From NCBI RefSeq assembly GCF_009914755.1, contig NC_060947.1: DNA of 64,000 nt. One strand, written 5' to 3'. Below, piece after piece: positions 17,525 to 30,391 of the stretch. The notes under the pieces were generated by a model, which was not told where the DNA came from, did not search any database, and saw only the letters and a list, made by a program, of their open reading frames with translations. Source of the stretch: the human T2T-CHM13v2.0 reference genome, Homo sapiens. A program made the position numbers and the translations under genes. How positions within the stretch are numbered: position 1 is the stretch's first letter; every line of letters begins with the position of its first letter.

Positions 17525-17972
17525 AATCAATTGGGGTGGTTCAGGAAATAGCAGATGTAAGACCCTGTAGAAACAACAGCTCTAGGTAAAGAGTCTTGGA
17601 GAACACTGGTGTTCTTTGACACATACCTATTCTCACCTGGGAAAGAGAAACATTCTACTCCTCATCTACCATTTTCTATCAAGTGTTTAGTCCTTTGTTC
17701 CCTTTAAAACAAAAAGCTGAAATTCATTGAATGATAAAAGCAGCACCCCTTTTTAAATCATATATATATATATAATAAATACGATATATTGTGTATAAGA
17801 TATAGTTTTTTATCCACAGTTCCGGGGTCATAACTCCCATAACCCTTGCTATAATGTTGGGGTGCTTTTGGCCTCAGAAGCACACTTCAGAAAACAGAAT
17901 CTCTTTCTCACTGACCTTCTCCTGCCTTCCTTCCACCTGCCGAAAGTAGGACTATAACCTTTCCCTGACTTT

Positions 17973-18264
17973 TTTTTTTTTTTTTTTGAGATGGAGTTTT
18001 GCTCTGTCACCCAGGATGAAGTGCAGTGGTGCGATCTTCGCTCACTGCAACCTCCACCTCCTGGGTTCAAGCAATTATCCTGCCTCAGCTAGTAGCTGGG
18101 ATTACAGGCACCTGGAACCACACCCAGCTAATTTTTGTATTTTTAATAAAGACAGCATTTTACCAAGTTGGCCAGGCTGGTCTCAAACTCCTGACCTCAA
18201 GTGATCCTCCCACCTTGGCCTCCCAAATTGCTGGGGTTACAGACATAAGTCACTGCACCTGGAC
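17973..18264 (-). mobile_element. AluS with TSD
   Basis: Antisense Alu with poly-T; direct repeat ACCTTTCCCTGACTTT at 17957-17972 and 18263-18278. Confidence 0.92.
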
Positions 18265-18322
18265 CTTTCCCTGACTTTACTATCCATAGTAAGATGTATT
18301 ATCTTTTGCACCACTGACCCAC

Positions 18323-18695
18323 TGATATGATTTGGCTGTGTCCCCACCCAAATCTCATCTTGAATTGTAGTTCCCATAATCCTCACATGTCATGGGAGGG
18401 ACCCGGTGGGAGGTAATTGAATCATGGAGGCAGTTACCCTCATGCTGTTCTCATGATAGTGAGTGAGTTCTCACAAGATCTGATGGTTTCATAAGGGTCT
18501 TTTCCCTCTTTTGCTCAGCACTTCTCTCCTGCCACCCTGTGAAGAGGGATGTGTTTGCTTCCCCTTCTGTCATGATTGTAAGTTTCCTGAAGCCTCCCTA
18601 GCCATGTGGAACTACGAGTCAATTAAACCTCTTTCCTTTATAAATTACACAGTCTTGGATATTTATTCACAGAAGCATGAGAACAGTCTAAGACA
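18323..18695 (+). mobile_element. THE1C/D-like MaLR solo LTR
   Basis: TGATATGATTTGGCTGTGTCCCCACCCAAATCTC start; TSD CCCAC/CCCTC. Confidence 0.9.
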
Positions 18696-19714
18696 CCCTC
18701 CCTCCCCTAGTAGTCTGACTGTGGGACATAAGACCCTTATTTTAGAAGACAGCCTGCCCCATACCCTGGAAGAACGACTGCTGCACAGAGAGGCCAAGAA
18801 GGATTTGAACAGTTAGGCCTTGCTGTGTCCTCTTACTCACCCTTCTAGTGTCACATCATAGCCTTTTTGTCCAATCACATTTCTACATAGTTGTCAATCA
18901 TGCCTATCCAATGAAATCTGGACAAAAAGGCCAAGAAGACTGTGTTTGGAGACCTTCTAGAGAGCTGAACACGTGGAGGCTGGCAGGCAGGTGGACAAGA
19001 ACTCACCCATGTGCCTGGAGTGTGGTGCACTCCAACACTACGGGGAGACACTGTTGTGGTCTGGATCTGCCCAGACCTCACCCTATGTATCTCTTCATGT
19101 GACTGTTTTTGTCCTTTAAAATATCCTTTATAATAAACCAGGAAGTGTAAATAAGTGTTTTTCTGAGTTCTGTGAGCCACTTCAGCAAATTAATCCAACC
19201 CAAAGAGCAGGTCGTGGGAATTACCCCAAGTTGAAGCTGATTGGTCAGAATTTCCGGAGGCCCAGACTTGTGACTGGGGAGATGGAGTAGGCAGTCTTGT
19301 GTGAACTGAGGTGGTGTCCCCTGCAGAACTGCTTGCTTGCTTGGCGTGCGGGGAGAAGCCCCCACACATTTGGTTGTAGACAGCTTCTATGTGGATTGTC
19401 ATTGCAGTGTGAGAGCAGAGGAAAAGCACTTTGAGTTTGTGTGTGAGTTTGTTTTATTCTCTTGAGACAATTTGTATTAAAATGTGAAACTGTGGAGTCG
19501 ACTCTGGTTGGGTTGGTAAACAGGGGTGCTATTATTGTCATCCAGTGAATTTCAGCTTTGTGTTAAAACCATAATAGAAATTACAAGTAAGGAATGGAAC
19601 TAGAGTCTCATGGTTCTCTTTCCAAGGTGAGAATAGGTATGTGGCAAAAAACACCAAGACTCTTTAGACTGTAGCTACCATTTCTATAATACTAGTGTCC
19701 TACACCTGCTGTTT

Positions 19715-20400
19715 CCAAGATCATCCCAATTCAGGTCATCGTTATCTCTTACTCTAATTATTGTGAGAGACTCCTAACTGATATCCGTGCTTCTAGTTTC
19801 TCCCTTATTCTGCTCCGTTTTTCAAACTATAGCTAAAGCTACCTTTAAAAATAGAAATCTGATCATGACACTCTTGGAAACCATGCACAACTTGGACGGC
19901 TTTCCATATCTCTTAGGGTAAGGTCTATTCCCTTACCTTGTCCTTTCCTATTGATGGCCCAGCCTCCACTCCCCTGGCCTCTTCACATTTCATCCCAGAC
20001 ACATTGCATTTATTTCTATTTCCTACATGAGGCTTAGCCTGTTAGATCTCTGGGCTTTCTCTCATGAAGTTCATGTTGCCCCAAAGACTCTCTACCTTCT
20101 CCTCCTGTTTTGAAACACCACATCTACCACCAACATGTATATTTTGCAAAATGTCTACTCACTCTTCCTGCAGTAAGCATTTCCTGTCTTCTCCCATGTT
20201 TCTTCCTCATCCTTTCCCTGTCAACAAACTTCCTATTGTTTTACTTTGCTGAGTTCCCTTCTGAATGGTATACCCCACTTGACTGCATTCTTATGGGGGG
20301 AAGTAAGGAGGGTCTGTCATTCACCTTTGTATTTCTAGGACCTAGTGTAATTCCTGGCTCCTAGCAGGTGTTAAAAAAGTCAGCATATATTTGACTGAAT
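19715..20400 (+). mobile_element. L2 3' fragment
   Basis: CTCCTAACTGAT...AAATCTGATCATGACACTC and CCTAGTGTAATTCCTGGCTCCTAGCAGGTG...TTTGACTGAAT end. Confidence 0.6.
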
Positions 20401-21517
20401 ACCAAATTCAATCCACTGATGAGATACAATGGGACCACCAGTATCTATTTCTTCTGTGACCTTCATCCCTCAATGGTCCTTTGAAAATGCTAACCCAGAC
20501 ATTGAGAAAGAAGTCTATTTATGTATTGGGGGATAGTTACTCAGGCAACACAGCCTATCTGTAAAATATAAAATAAAATAAAATATAATAAGATATTAGA
20601 ATTAGACTACACCAAAATGACATTGATTGGGTTCACATTCCCACTACACAATGCACAAATCCTGGCACAGATTTTTGAAAATGGTAAAATACTGCACAAA
20701 TGTAAGACACTATCATATAGGATCATGAGAATGCACACACAAATAACTATAATATGACAGCATGACCAAGGCTGTGGGTACTCATTGTGAGCTTTTTCAA
20801 TAACCAGGAGATGAACAAATATCCTAAAATAATGCTATTAACCGACGTGTTATGAAGTCATATTCTGTGAAGTACTATTCTATCTGCACAATTTTGCAAC
20901 CAGAAAAAAACCCTATAACATTTAAAATGTCTGCTTAAAAATGGGACCAGACTGACATGTTTAACGTAAAATCATTAGGAGAATTTAAGAAGTAGCAATT
21001 CTGGTAATTACCAAATAGCATGATTCTCTCCCAGTAAAGCATATGTCAAATTACAGAAAAACATCACTATGTTGCTTTCCCTTTTAAAGATTTTACATAT
21101 GAAGCATATGAGTTTAAATATTCCCCTGCTTTTTGCATATTTTATTTAAGCTTTCTTAATGGGATTTAACGCTCCTTTGTTTTCACTTTTTTTGTGTGAG
21201 ATTCCAAGCACTGAAAGTTTCTTTTGATCTCTTCCCAGTAATTTTTCAGGTAAAAATGAAATATACATATATATATAGCTTTTTTGTTTGTTTTGCGAAG
21301 ACATAGAGTGGGAGAAGAAATTGGGGGGTGGTGAGGCAGAGTTGTTTTACTCTCCTAAGAGAAGAAAGGAAACATTTCTGCATATCTCATTCTTATAGAT
21401 AACACTTCCCATCACGTCTCGTGGAACTAAGGCTATTTGTTTCGTTAACTAATCGTCATTTATGCACTCCGTTATTCCCGGTGAAACTCTTCAGACAGCT
21501 TACAAGTATTGTCATGC

Positions 21518-21550
21518 TTATTATTATTATTACTATTATTATTATTATTA
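21518..21550. repeat. (TTA)n STR
   Basis: Directly visible, one TAC interruption. Confidence 0.9.
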
Positions 21551-22162
21551 TATTGCTGGCACTATGTTATATTCTTTCAGTATAAAAATACCAATACTGA
21601 GTTGATGTCACAAACCACGTGATTTCATTTTTGTTGTGTTCTATTCTTCCAAGTTATGGGGATGATTACTGGTTTGGGCCAATATGGAAGCTACTGATTG
21701 GAATTCAGCCTATAGCCACAGATTAAAGAAAAAGAAAAAAGGAACTCTCTCAGGCAATGGTAGTACTCAGGGTTTGGCTTTTCTCATAAACACTCCAAGT
21801 GTTTACTTTGTGAGCTAATTAGGAATGAGTTTCCCAAGATGATCCAACAATTGAGAAAAAGGAAAAGAAAAAAACAGTCTCCCACCAGAATACAAATATC
21901 CATGGGTTTCCAATTCACAGAAGCAAAATATGTGGACTGGTTTATGAAACACACACCATTATCTTCTTCCCTCGGGGAAAAGCAGCTTGCTGAACAAACA
22001 CTTCATGTCAGAGACTGTTCCAGCCACGTGAAAAGCCCACTGCACACCAGTAAAAGTCATGGCTCAAAATTATGACACGAATGTTCAGATGAGGAAGGAT
22101 TTATATTTACAAAAGCACTTGTTTCATAAAGCTACACTTTTCAGGAGCGGCAGCATCAGTAT

Positions 22163-22567
22163 TGCCATGGACTGAATTATGCTTCCTCCAAAACTCATAC
22201 GTTGGAGCCCTGACCCCCGCAATGCGATAGTAATAGGAGGTGAATCCTTGGGAAGACAGTTGAGTTTAGATGATGTCGAGCTGGTGGGGTCCTCATGATG
22301 GGATTAGTGTCCTTATAAGCAGAGGAAGAGTCACCAGAGCCCCCTCTCTCTCCCTCTGCTATATGAGGACTAAGAGACCAGGTGGCCGTCTACAAGACAG
22401 GAAGAGAGAGTTCTCACCAGGAACCAATCTTTTGGGACCTTGATAATGGACTTCCAGCCTCCAGAGCTGAGAACATACATTTCTGTTCTTAAATTACCCA
22501 TCCTATGGTTTGCTGTTGTTATTGTTGTTACTGTAATTATGGCAGCCCAATGATGCAAATCTAAACA
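22163..22567 (+). mobile_element. MLT1A-like MaLR LTR
   Basis: TGCCATGGACTGAATT...CCTCATGATGGGATTAGTGTCCTTATAAG...GGACTTCCAGCCTCCAGAGCTG. Confidence 0.8.
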
Positions 22568-22880
22568 CATGATGCAATATACGATGCAAATATAAACCCA
22601 GAATGAATTGAACACATCCACCCTTTAGTGCCCTCACCTTTATAGTAAAACTTCCACCCTGAAATCCATGCAAATCAGTGTCCCCCAGGAGAGAGTATGT
22701 ACCTGAGTTCCTCAGTGCTCAGGTTAATTCCCTTAATCGATCTGCAAACATACAGATGGGAAGGGATGGGCACGATCAGTTTCCTAACTCCCTGATTATG
22801 CAGAAAAGGAAGCTGGAGCCCAGACTGTTTGGGTGACTTGTTTGATGTCTCACAACAAGTTTGTTGCAGAGATTCAAATA

Positions 22881-23122
22881 CAGATTGAGCATCTCACATC
22901 CGAAATTCCAAAATCCAAAATACTCCCAAATCCAAAACTTGTTGAGCACCAATATCATGCCCAAAGGATATGTTAATTACAGCGTTTTAAATTTTGGGGT
23001 TTTTTGGATTTGGGGTGTCAAACCAGTAAGTATAATGCAATTATGCCAAAATCCAAAAAAAAAATCTGAAATCCAAAACACTTCTTGTCCCAAGTGTTTT
23101 AGATAAAAAGATATTCAACCTG
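22881..23122. mobile_element. Tigger4a/MER46-like MITE
   Basis: TIRs CAGATTGAGCATC / GATATTCAACCTG flanked by TA on both sides. Confidence 0.82.
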
Positions 23123-23264
23123 TAGAACCCACACTTTTCACTTGCAACCAGTACAATTTCAACTATAACATGACAGATTAGTACTAGACTTTTAACCCAG
23201 ATTTCCTTTTGTTGATGAAAATGCAGAAAAGGTTTTGATAATCCCATTCACCGTACAAATAATC

Positions 23265-23345
23265 ACATGTATGTATGAATGTGTATGCATGCATGAATGT
23301 GTATGCATGTATGAATGTGTATGCACGCATAAGTGTATGTATGTA
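23265..23345. repeat. (TGTA/TGCA/TGAA)n compound microsatellite
   Basis: ATGAATGTGTATGCA repeated three times. Confidence 0.8.
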
Positions 23346-26304
23346 AACACATCCAGACATGTATGTAAGTAAATTTTAAATGCATTAATATGTCAGCTTG
23401 ATAATAAATTGCTACATGGTAATATTAAAGCAATCAATAATAAAATAAGAGGAAGGTCATATCTTAAATCCTTCCTGCATTTGACTTTGTCTCTGGTCTA
23501 AATTGATAGTCAGAGACACCATCAATAACATCAACAGAAAGTATGACAGATTTAACTCCTGGCTTCATCAGGGTCCCTTTTGCAATGAGTTTTGGGAGCT
23601 CAGACTTAGCTGGGTAGAAAGGAAGGAAGGACCCGACATTACGAGGGGTACATATCATAACCTTTAAAACTATGATCCTATTTAATTCTCACCACAATTG
23701 TACAAAGTAAATGTCACTCACATTCCACAAAACACTTAGCAGATTCGTAGCTCTGCCATAGGAGGCACTGTGCAACCCGGTGGTTTGAACTCAGCTTCTT
23801 TCTATCTTCACAAGATGCAAGCTTTTAAAGCCAGGAGGGGTGAGTTATTTATCCTTGTGTCTCCCCCAGATAACTGATATGCTAAGTACTGTATGCATTG
23901 GGTTCATAAATTATGGGTCTCCTTTCCTGTCACATATTGTTTAAAAGAAAACTTTCCAAATCATTTTTCAATATATGAAGGGCACTATGGTGTGATGGTG
24001 AAGACTTTGAGCTGTGAAGTTGAGTTGAATCAATTTACATCAGTATCCATTGTTATTTCTCTCCCTGCCTGACTCCGCTTACACTGTTTCTTGTCTTTGC
24101 TTCCAGCTCCTGGGGAAAAACTGTCTAGGGATCCATTTCTCTGCCCCTGATTTTCTTTGTGGGGAAATACTTTCTCCCAACGTGCATAAATTTGTTGAGA
24201 AGTTAGCTCCATATGCCTCCTCCCTCTTGGTGAGTGCAAAGAGACAGATTTTCCCAAGAAAAGAGGCAGATGTTTGGCCTAAGCTATATCCATTCAGACA
24301 CTCTCTCCAAGACCAATTTTTTTAACTTGGGCTCAAATTCCCCGTTCTTCCCTGAAACAATTATTCCTACCTATGTAACACTTATAAGCCACATACGGGG
24401 ACATCTCCCTGGAGGTAACATCTTATGTGTGATCTCAGGATGGAAGGAAACCTTTTTTCTGCTGAATTTTCAAACGCATTGTCATTTCTTTTTGAAAGTA
24501 TGAAGACATCAAAAGGTCGCGGAGCTCAGGTAATCCGCAGGCATTGCAACTCAACAGAGTGCTCTGATGAGCTGGTGATGTTAAGGGCACATGACAGCTG
24601 ACTGCCAAAACAACCTCTGTATGGGGAACAGAAGAAAGAGACACTCATGTGGATTTGACTGAAGCCAACTTCAAGGCTTCCCAGTCTGAGGCATGCTGTG
24701 TATTGATAGCTGGGGAATAATCATGGTGAGCAGGACAGAAAGGTTGAGGAGGCTCCACGGAAACAAGAGTGTCAAATCCATTGAGCAAAAAGGCCAAGGG
24801 AAAAGGCTGATTTCTAGTGATAGCAACCAAAACGAATGGCCAAATGATACCCAGGAAAACATGGCAGGAGGGGAATCAATAATCACCCATTTTTGTTTCT
24901 AAAATCCAATAGATGAAGAAAGGCAGTGAATTCAATGAATATTCGAACACTTATTTAATATCAAGAAGGGTTCTAGAAGCCAATGCAGTCACTGAAAGCA
25001 GTCAGACTTTGAAGCAGATGCTGTTGGCATTTGGATCATAACCTTTCAGTTTGCTGGAGGAGTCAGCCACAGCTCCGGTGGGCAGACTGCAAAGAGTTTT
25101 CAATTGGGGGTATACGAGAGAACTCCCCAAGATGCCACAGAGCAAAATCAAGGGAGATTCCATTTAAAGGCAAAGGTATGGTGAATCAAGAAAGAGAGGG
25201 AGAGAGAGAGATAGGGACAGACAGATTGACAGAGAAGGCACACATAAGGAATCCAAAAGATATTCCAAGGACCAGACACAAAGTCCTTGGGCATTATTTG
25301 CACATAAACCCTGTTCTGCCTTAGAATTGAACCATCAAGGTATGCACAAAAAAGTCTGACTTCTTCAGGAAAATGCAAAGTACAAGTTTGTGGCCAGCGT
25401 TTAAAGCTCCTCTGGCTATGTCATCAAACCAGCTCTGTCTAACTGATTAGGCCAATTTTGCAAACCATCAGTGGAGAAATTAATCATGATGGTCTCCAGG
25501 GGGCACTTCAGACTTTAAGCAGCACATCCTAAATCCCACAGCCCTTAATTTGACAAAGAGTCAGAAATCACACTTGCAGGTAGCCTCAGGGATAATGATA
25601 AAGCTGCTGCAATTCAGTGGTAAATCGGCCCCATCTGTATAGTGAGTTCTTGACAAGGTCTGCCCTGTATGGCTCTGCTTGGGAACTTCTCAGGCAGTAT
25701 AACATAGAGGGGCATGGTAGGCCCATGGGTCTAGAAACTTACGGGTGTAAGTGGACACCCCAGGAACTACCTTCACTCACTAAGGGATGGGATTTTCTAG
25801 ATAAATGCTCCAGCTTCCTTTCCCCTGGGCTGGACAATTCTGAGATTGCTGCCACCATAGTCCCTCGCGGAATCTCCAGTGGGATGAAGATCTCATTGTC
25901 CACAGAAGTAGCCCTTTGTCAACACTTCTTGTATTGTTATAGATGGTAGAAATCTAAGATGCAACCCAAGATTCCAGCCTCCTGGGCTCCCAACATGTAT
26001 AATCCCTTTCTTTTGAGAGTGGACAAGGACTTTGAATATGATGAATGTCACTCACTTGAACCGGTTACCAATTGGTTGACTTTGAGTCCATCAGTTATCC
26101 TGGGTGGGTCTGACCTAATCAGAGGAGACTTTAAGAGGGGGAAGAGTCGGCAAACAGCCATGATGATAACTGCTTATGGGACAACGTGGCAATGAAATGC
26201 AGGCAGAACTCGAGAAGTAGAGAGTGGTCCCTCTAACATAGCTCTTACAGAAAACTGGGAACTCTAGTTCTACAACTGAAAGGAACTGAATTTTGCCACA
26301 GCTA

Positions 26305-26514
<210 letters not shown>

Positions 26515-26596
26515 TTAAATGAGTATACCTTCCCTGCAGTCTTGTGAGACCTGTGCAGAGGATGCTGCTAACCTTTACCTGGATACCTGATCCTTG

Positions 26597-27064
26597 TGAG
26601 AGAGGAGGCAGGACTCAACTCCAGAGGTGGGGCTGGGATGCAGGACCAAATTGAAGACTAGCTAAAACAGGTCCCGGACAGAAGAATCTTTTCATCGGAC
26701 ATGCCCACCAGTGTGCCAGGTCAGTTTGCCATTGCCATGGCAACCCCCGGGGGTTACCAACCATTTCCACAGCAATGACCCAATGATCCAAAAGTTGCTA
26801 CCCTTTCTCTAGAAATTTCAGCAGAAACCGCCCCTCAATCTTTATGCAAATAAAAATGGGTATAAAAGTGACTGTGAAATCACCCTGAGCTGCCACTCTC
26901 TGCCCAGGGGGTAGCCCTGTTCTGCAGGAGCAGCCACGGAGCTGTAACACTGCTGCTTCTGTAAATTTTCTTCTACCTCCAGCTTGCCCTTGAATTCCTT
27001 CCTGGGCAAAGCCAAGAACCCTTGCAGGCTAAGCCCTGCTTTGAGGCTCACCTCTCTGGCATCA
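26597..27064 (+). mobile_element. ERV1 solo LTR (MER66-like)
   Basis: TG...CA termini (TGAGAGAGGAGGCAGGACTC...GGCATCA), TATAAAA, GGGCAAAGCCAAGAACC; TSD CTTG/TTTG. Confidence 0.72.
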
Positions 27065-27867
27065 TTTGGAAGCTCTGAGGTAATATTAATAAAAGTGTGT
27101 TGTTGTAAGTCACTTCATTTGTGCTAATTTGTTAGACAGCAATAGCACACTGATACAGTTGGCTTTCCTCACCTCCCAGTCTTTTTCTGGCCATACCTAC
27201 AAGGATCACCTCTCAAATAAACTACTTTTACCAAAATTCTTCTCTCAGAATCTACATTTGGGGAACCCAAACTTAGGTATGGTTCTCAAAAAGTGTAAAA
27301 TCTTGATGGGTGAATAGCAAGGAATTGAGGAAAAATATATGATAATATTCACCTTACCTTTCTTGAAGGGTAAATGAAATGAAACATGGTCTTCTTTTGA
27401 ACTAAAATGTTCCCAACATTTAATTGTTCCCGGCATTTAATCCCAACATAATTGGGGCTTTCTTCTCATTCTAACTAGGAATTGTTTTTTCACAAAGGAA
27501 ACAAAGAGAGTATAAATTTAAATTATCATATGAAAAAATTCAGGAAGATGTTAGAAATAATTTTTGGCCTGCAAATTGATTTGCAAGATGTTGATGGAAA
27601 ATGTTTAAGGTTTATTTTATAGAGATGTTAAGGAAGATAGTAGGAATTATAATATTGAAGTGGTTGGAATAGCAATTCTATAATAAAGGGAACAGATCTT
27701 CTTGAGGGAAAATACTAGCTACAATTTTCCCATTTGGGGTAAATATCAGTATGTTTACATTACTGTTCTTCTCACATTTTATTCTAAGTTATTGACGATG
27801 AAGAAACACAATACAAGCTAAATTTATCCTCATGAATGATGTTATAGGAAGGTTTCTTTTCATGCAG

Positions 27868-28716
27868 TATATTAGTTTTCTAGGACTTCCATAAGAAAGT
27901 TCCACAGACCAGGTGACTTAAACAACAAAGATTTATTTTCTCACGGTTCTGGAGGCTGGAAATCTGAGATCAAGGGGTGAGCACGGCTGGTTCCTCCTGA
28001 AGCCTCTCTCGTAGCCTTGTAGATGCCATCTTCTCCCTGTGTCCTCATGTGGTCGTCCCTCTGTGTGTGTCTGTGTCCTCATCTCTTCTTCTTATGAGAT
28101 GTCTTAGTCAATTTCAGGCTTCTGTAACATAATACCATAGACTTAATGGCTTACAAGCAACAGACACTTATTCTCCACAGTCCTGGAGGTTGGAATTCCA
28201 AGATCAAGGTGTGGGCAGGGCTGGTTCCTCTCGAGGCCTCTCTCCTGAGCTTGTAGACACTGTCTTCTCCCTGTGTCCTCAAATGGTTGTCCCTCTGTGT
28301 GTATCTGTCTCCTCTTCTTATGAGATGGCTTAGTCCATTTCAGGCTGCTATAACAGCACACCATAGACTGGGTGGTTTACAAACAGCAGACATTTATTCT
28401 CCCACAGTCCTGGAGGCTGGAAGTCTAAGCTCAAGGTATGGGAAGGGTTGGCTCCTCCTAAAGCTTCTCTCCTGAGCTTGTAGATGCTGTCTTCTCCCTT
28501 TGTCCTCACAGGGTCGTCCCTGTATTTATGTCTGTGTCCTAATATTCTCTTCTTATAAAGACCCCAGTCCTATTGGATTGGTGCCCATCTTAGTGACCTC
28601 ATTTTACCTTAATCACCTCTTTAAAGACCTTATCTCCAAATACAGTGACATTCTGAGGTCCCAATGTTTAGGATTTAACATATAAATTTTGAGGAAACAC
28701 AATTCAGCCTGTAACA
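27868..28716 (-). mobile_element. MLT1C/STIR-like LTR with a ~230-bp segment present in three tandem copies
   Basis: Units start at 27868, 28100 and 28326; a perfect TGCAG TSD (27863-27867, 28717-28721) brackets the whole array. Confidence 0.88.
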
Positions 28717-29584
28717 TGCAGTAAAGAATTTTATATGGAAAATCCTTTCAGTTCCTTCAGCCTCTGAGCTCCCGATTCCATATGCACTTAGATAATTTCC
28801 TAACATGCACATATGGTATTAGAGTTATTTTTTTTACCCTGATTGTACAATTAACATTTACACAGAGAGTTGCTGCTGTGAGTTGTAGATAAGTTCTCAG
28901 ACTCATCTATATCACCACTTTATTTCGATCTTGCGACGGACAGATTGATTCTGAATGTCCCAGAGGAGAGACCATAATCAACACCCCCATATTCCCGCCA
29001 AGCTTGCTCACTCATCCTAGGGGAGGCTGACATTGCAAAGGGTTCCTGATTGAGAACCACAATGTCTTGACCAGCTGCACTTTGCACTGGGCTTCAGCTG
29101 ACTTCCAGAGGGCAGACCTGTGGACCAACAGAAAGTAGATGAAAATAGAGAGGAACTAAGATGGATCTCTCTGCGTCCTCCAAAATTTCCCTTCTGCCCC
29201 ATCTCACTTCCCCCTTGGCTCGGCCATGTTTATAAAAAGAGCTGTGATAACCTCAGGTCCTAACAACGCTGATGGCACTTTTGTAAAAAGGACACTGCAT
29301 GGCAGAATCTAGATTTTGTAAAAGTATTTGGATACCTCGAGGTGCAAGTCATAAAGTCATTAAACTTGTTTTCGTTGCAGCATGGTTCGATGCATAAAAA
29401 GGTTGTGTGAAAGGCAAGCTTATTTTTGGGTTTGTGTTGTGAATCATCTGCTCTCACCCTGGGGTCCTGCACGATATCATCTTATTTCTTTTTCATGAAA
29501 AGGAAACAAATTAGACCCAGTTCAATCATCCTGATTCTCCTGTTCGAGCTTACCTTTCTGTCTCTCTGCTGATGGCAGCAGAAT

Positions 29585-29680
29585 CCATGACATCTCAAAA
29601 GACCCTGTTTCCAGATAAGGTCATATTTTGAGGTTCTGGGTGATGTAAATGTCAGGGAGACCCCATTCAACCCATTGCAG
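29585..29680 (-). mobile_element. MLT1B/C fragment
   Basis: AAAGACCCTGTTTCCAGATAAGGTCATATTTTGAGGTTCTGGG...ATTCAACCCA. Confidence 0.6.
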
Positions 29681-30355
29681 AATGTCTCTTTCTTTTTCGT
29701 TGCCATCTTTCTATGGCTCTCACCTCGTACTGACCCCTCCAAGGAGCTGAGAAGTCGTCTTCTGCAGGAAAAAGGAGAAAGTCTGCTATTCTCGGCACAG
29801 CCTGTTATTTTTAGAGTGACACTGTTCACAGAGCCCAGGCCCAGACAGCCTTGGGATAAACAATCTGTAGGATCCCATGTCAGCCGCAGAAATGAGAACA
29901 AAAGTGAAAAACTCTAGCAACAGGATTAGGAACCTGAGCCACAGCCCCAAGGCTCATCCTTCTCTGATTAACGGGGCTAACTGCAAAATATCCAGGTGTT
30001 TTGTTGCTTTAATCAGGTATTGTTTTTCGTCTTAAACGTAATAAGCTCAGCAGCACTGTTGATCTGAGTTTTCTCTCATTTTTAGCTTGTGTCCCCAGGT
30101 TGGAAGACTACTTAGCAATGCCCCTTCCCTGCTGTGATTCTTTCTAGAAGCTGGGTCACCGGCATCCTCAGTGCCTGTCCATCAGAGGGATGCAGGCACA
30201 AAAGGTTTGTTCAAGGGCTGCCTGCCAAGTCCGGGGAGGCCGTCCCAGCATTGAGCTCACATTCAAGCAGATTATCAACGCTCTCAGGGACACTGATACA
30301 TGCCAAAGAAATGTTTACAGAATGTCTTGAGATCTCATTGCTGGCGGTGATAAGA

Positions 30356-30391
30356 TGGTGGTGGTGGTGGTGGTGGTGGTGGTGGCGGCGG
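30356..30391. repeat. (TGG)10(CGG)2 trinucleotide STR
   Basis: Directly visible. Confidence 0.92.

Larger units (their letters stand above)
17781..19469 (+). mobile_element. MER21-family LTR hosting an Alu and a THE1 LTR
   Basis: CATAACTCCCATAACCCTTG...AAAACAGAATCTCT and CCTTTATAATAAACC...CTGAGTTCTGTGAGCC...CCCTGCAGAACTGCTTG; ends approximate. Confidence 0.72.

Noticed and set aside
27868-28716. Regularly spaced repeats as a CRISPR-like array
   Set aside because: Eukaryotic LTR-derived ~230-bp tandem units with no unique spacers and no cas genes.
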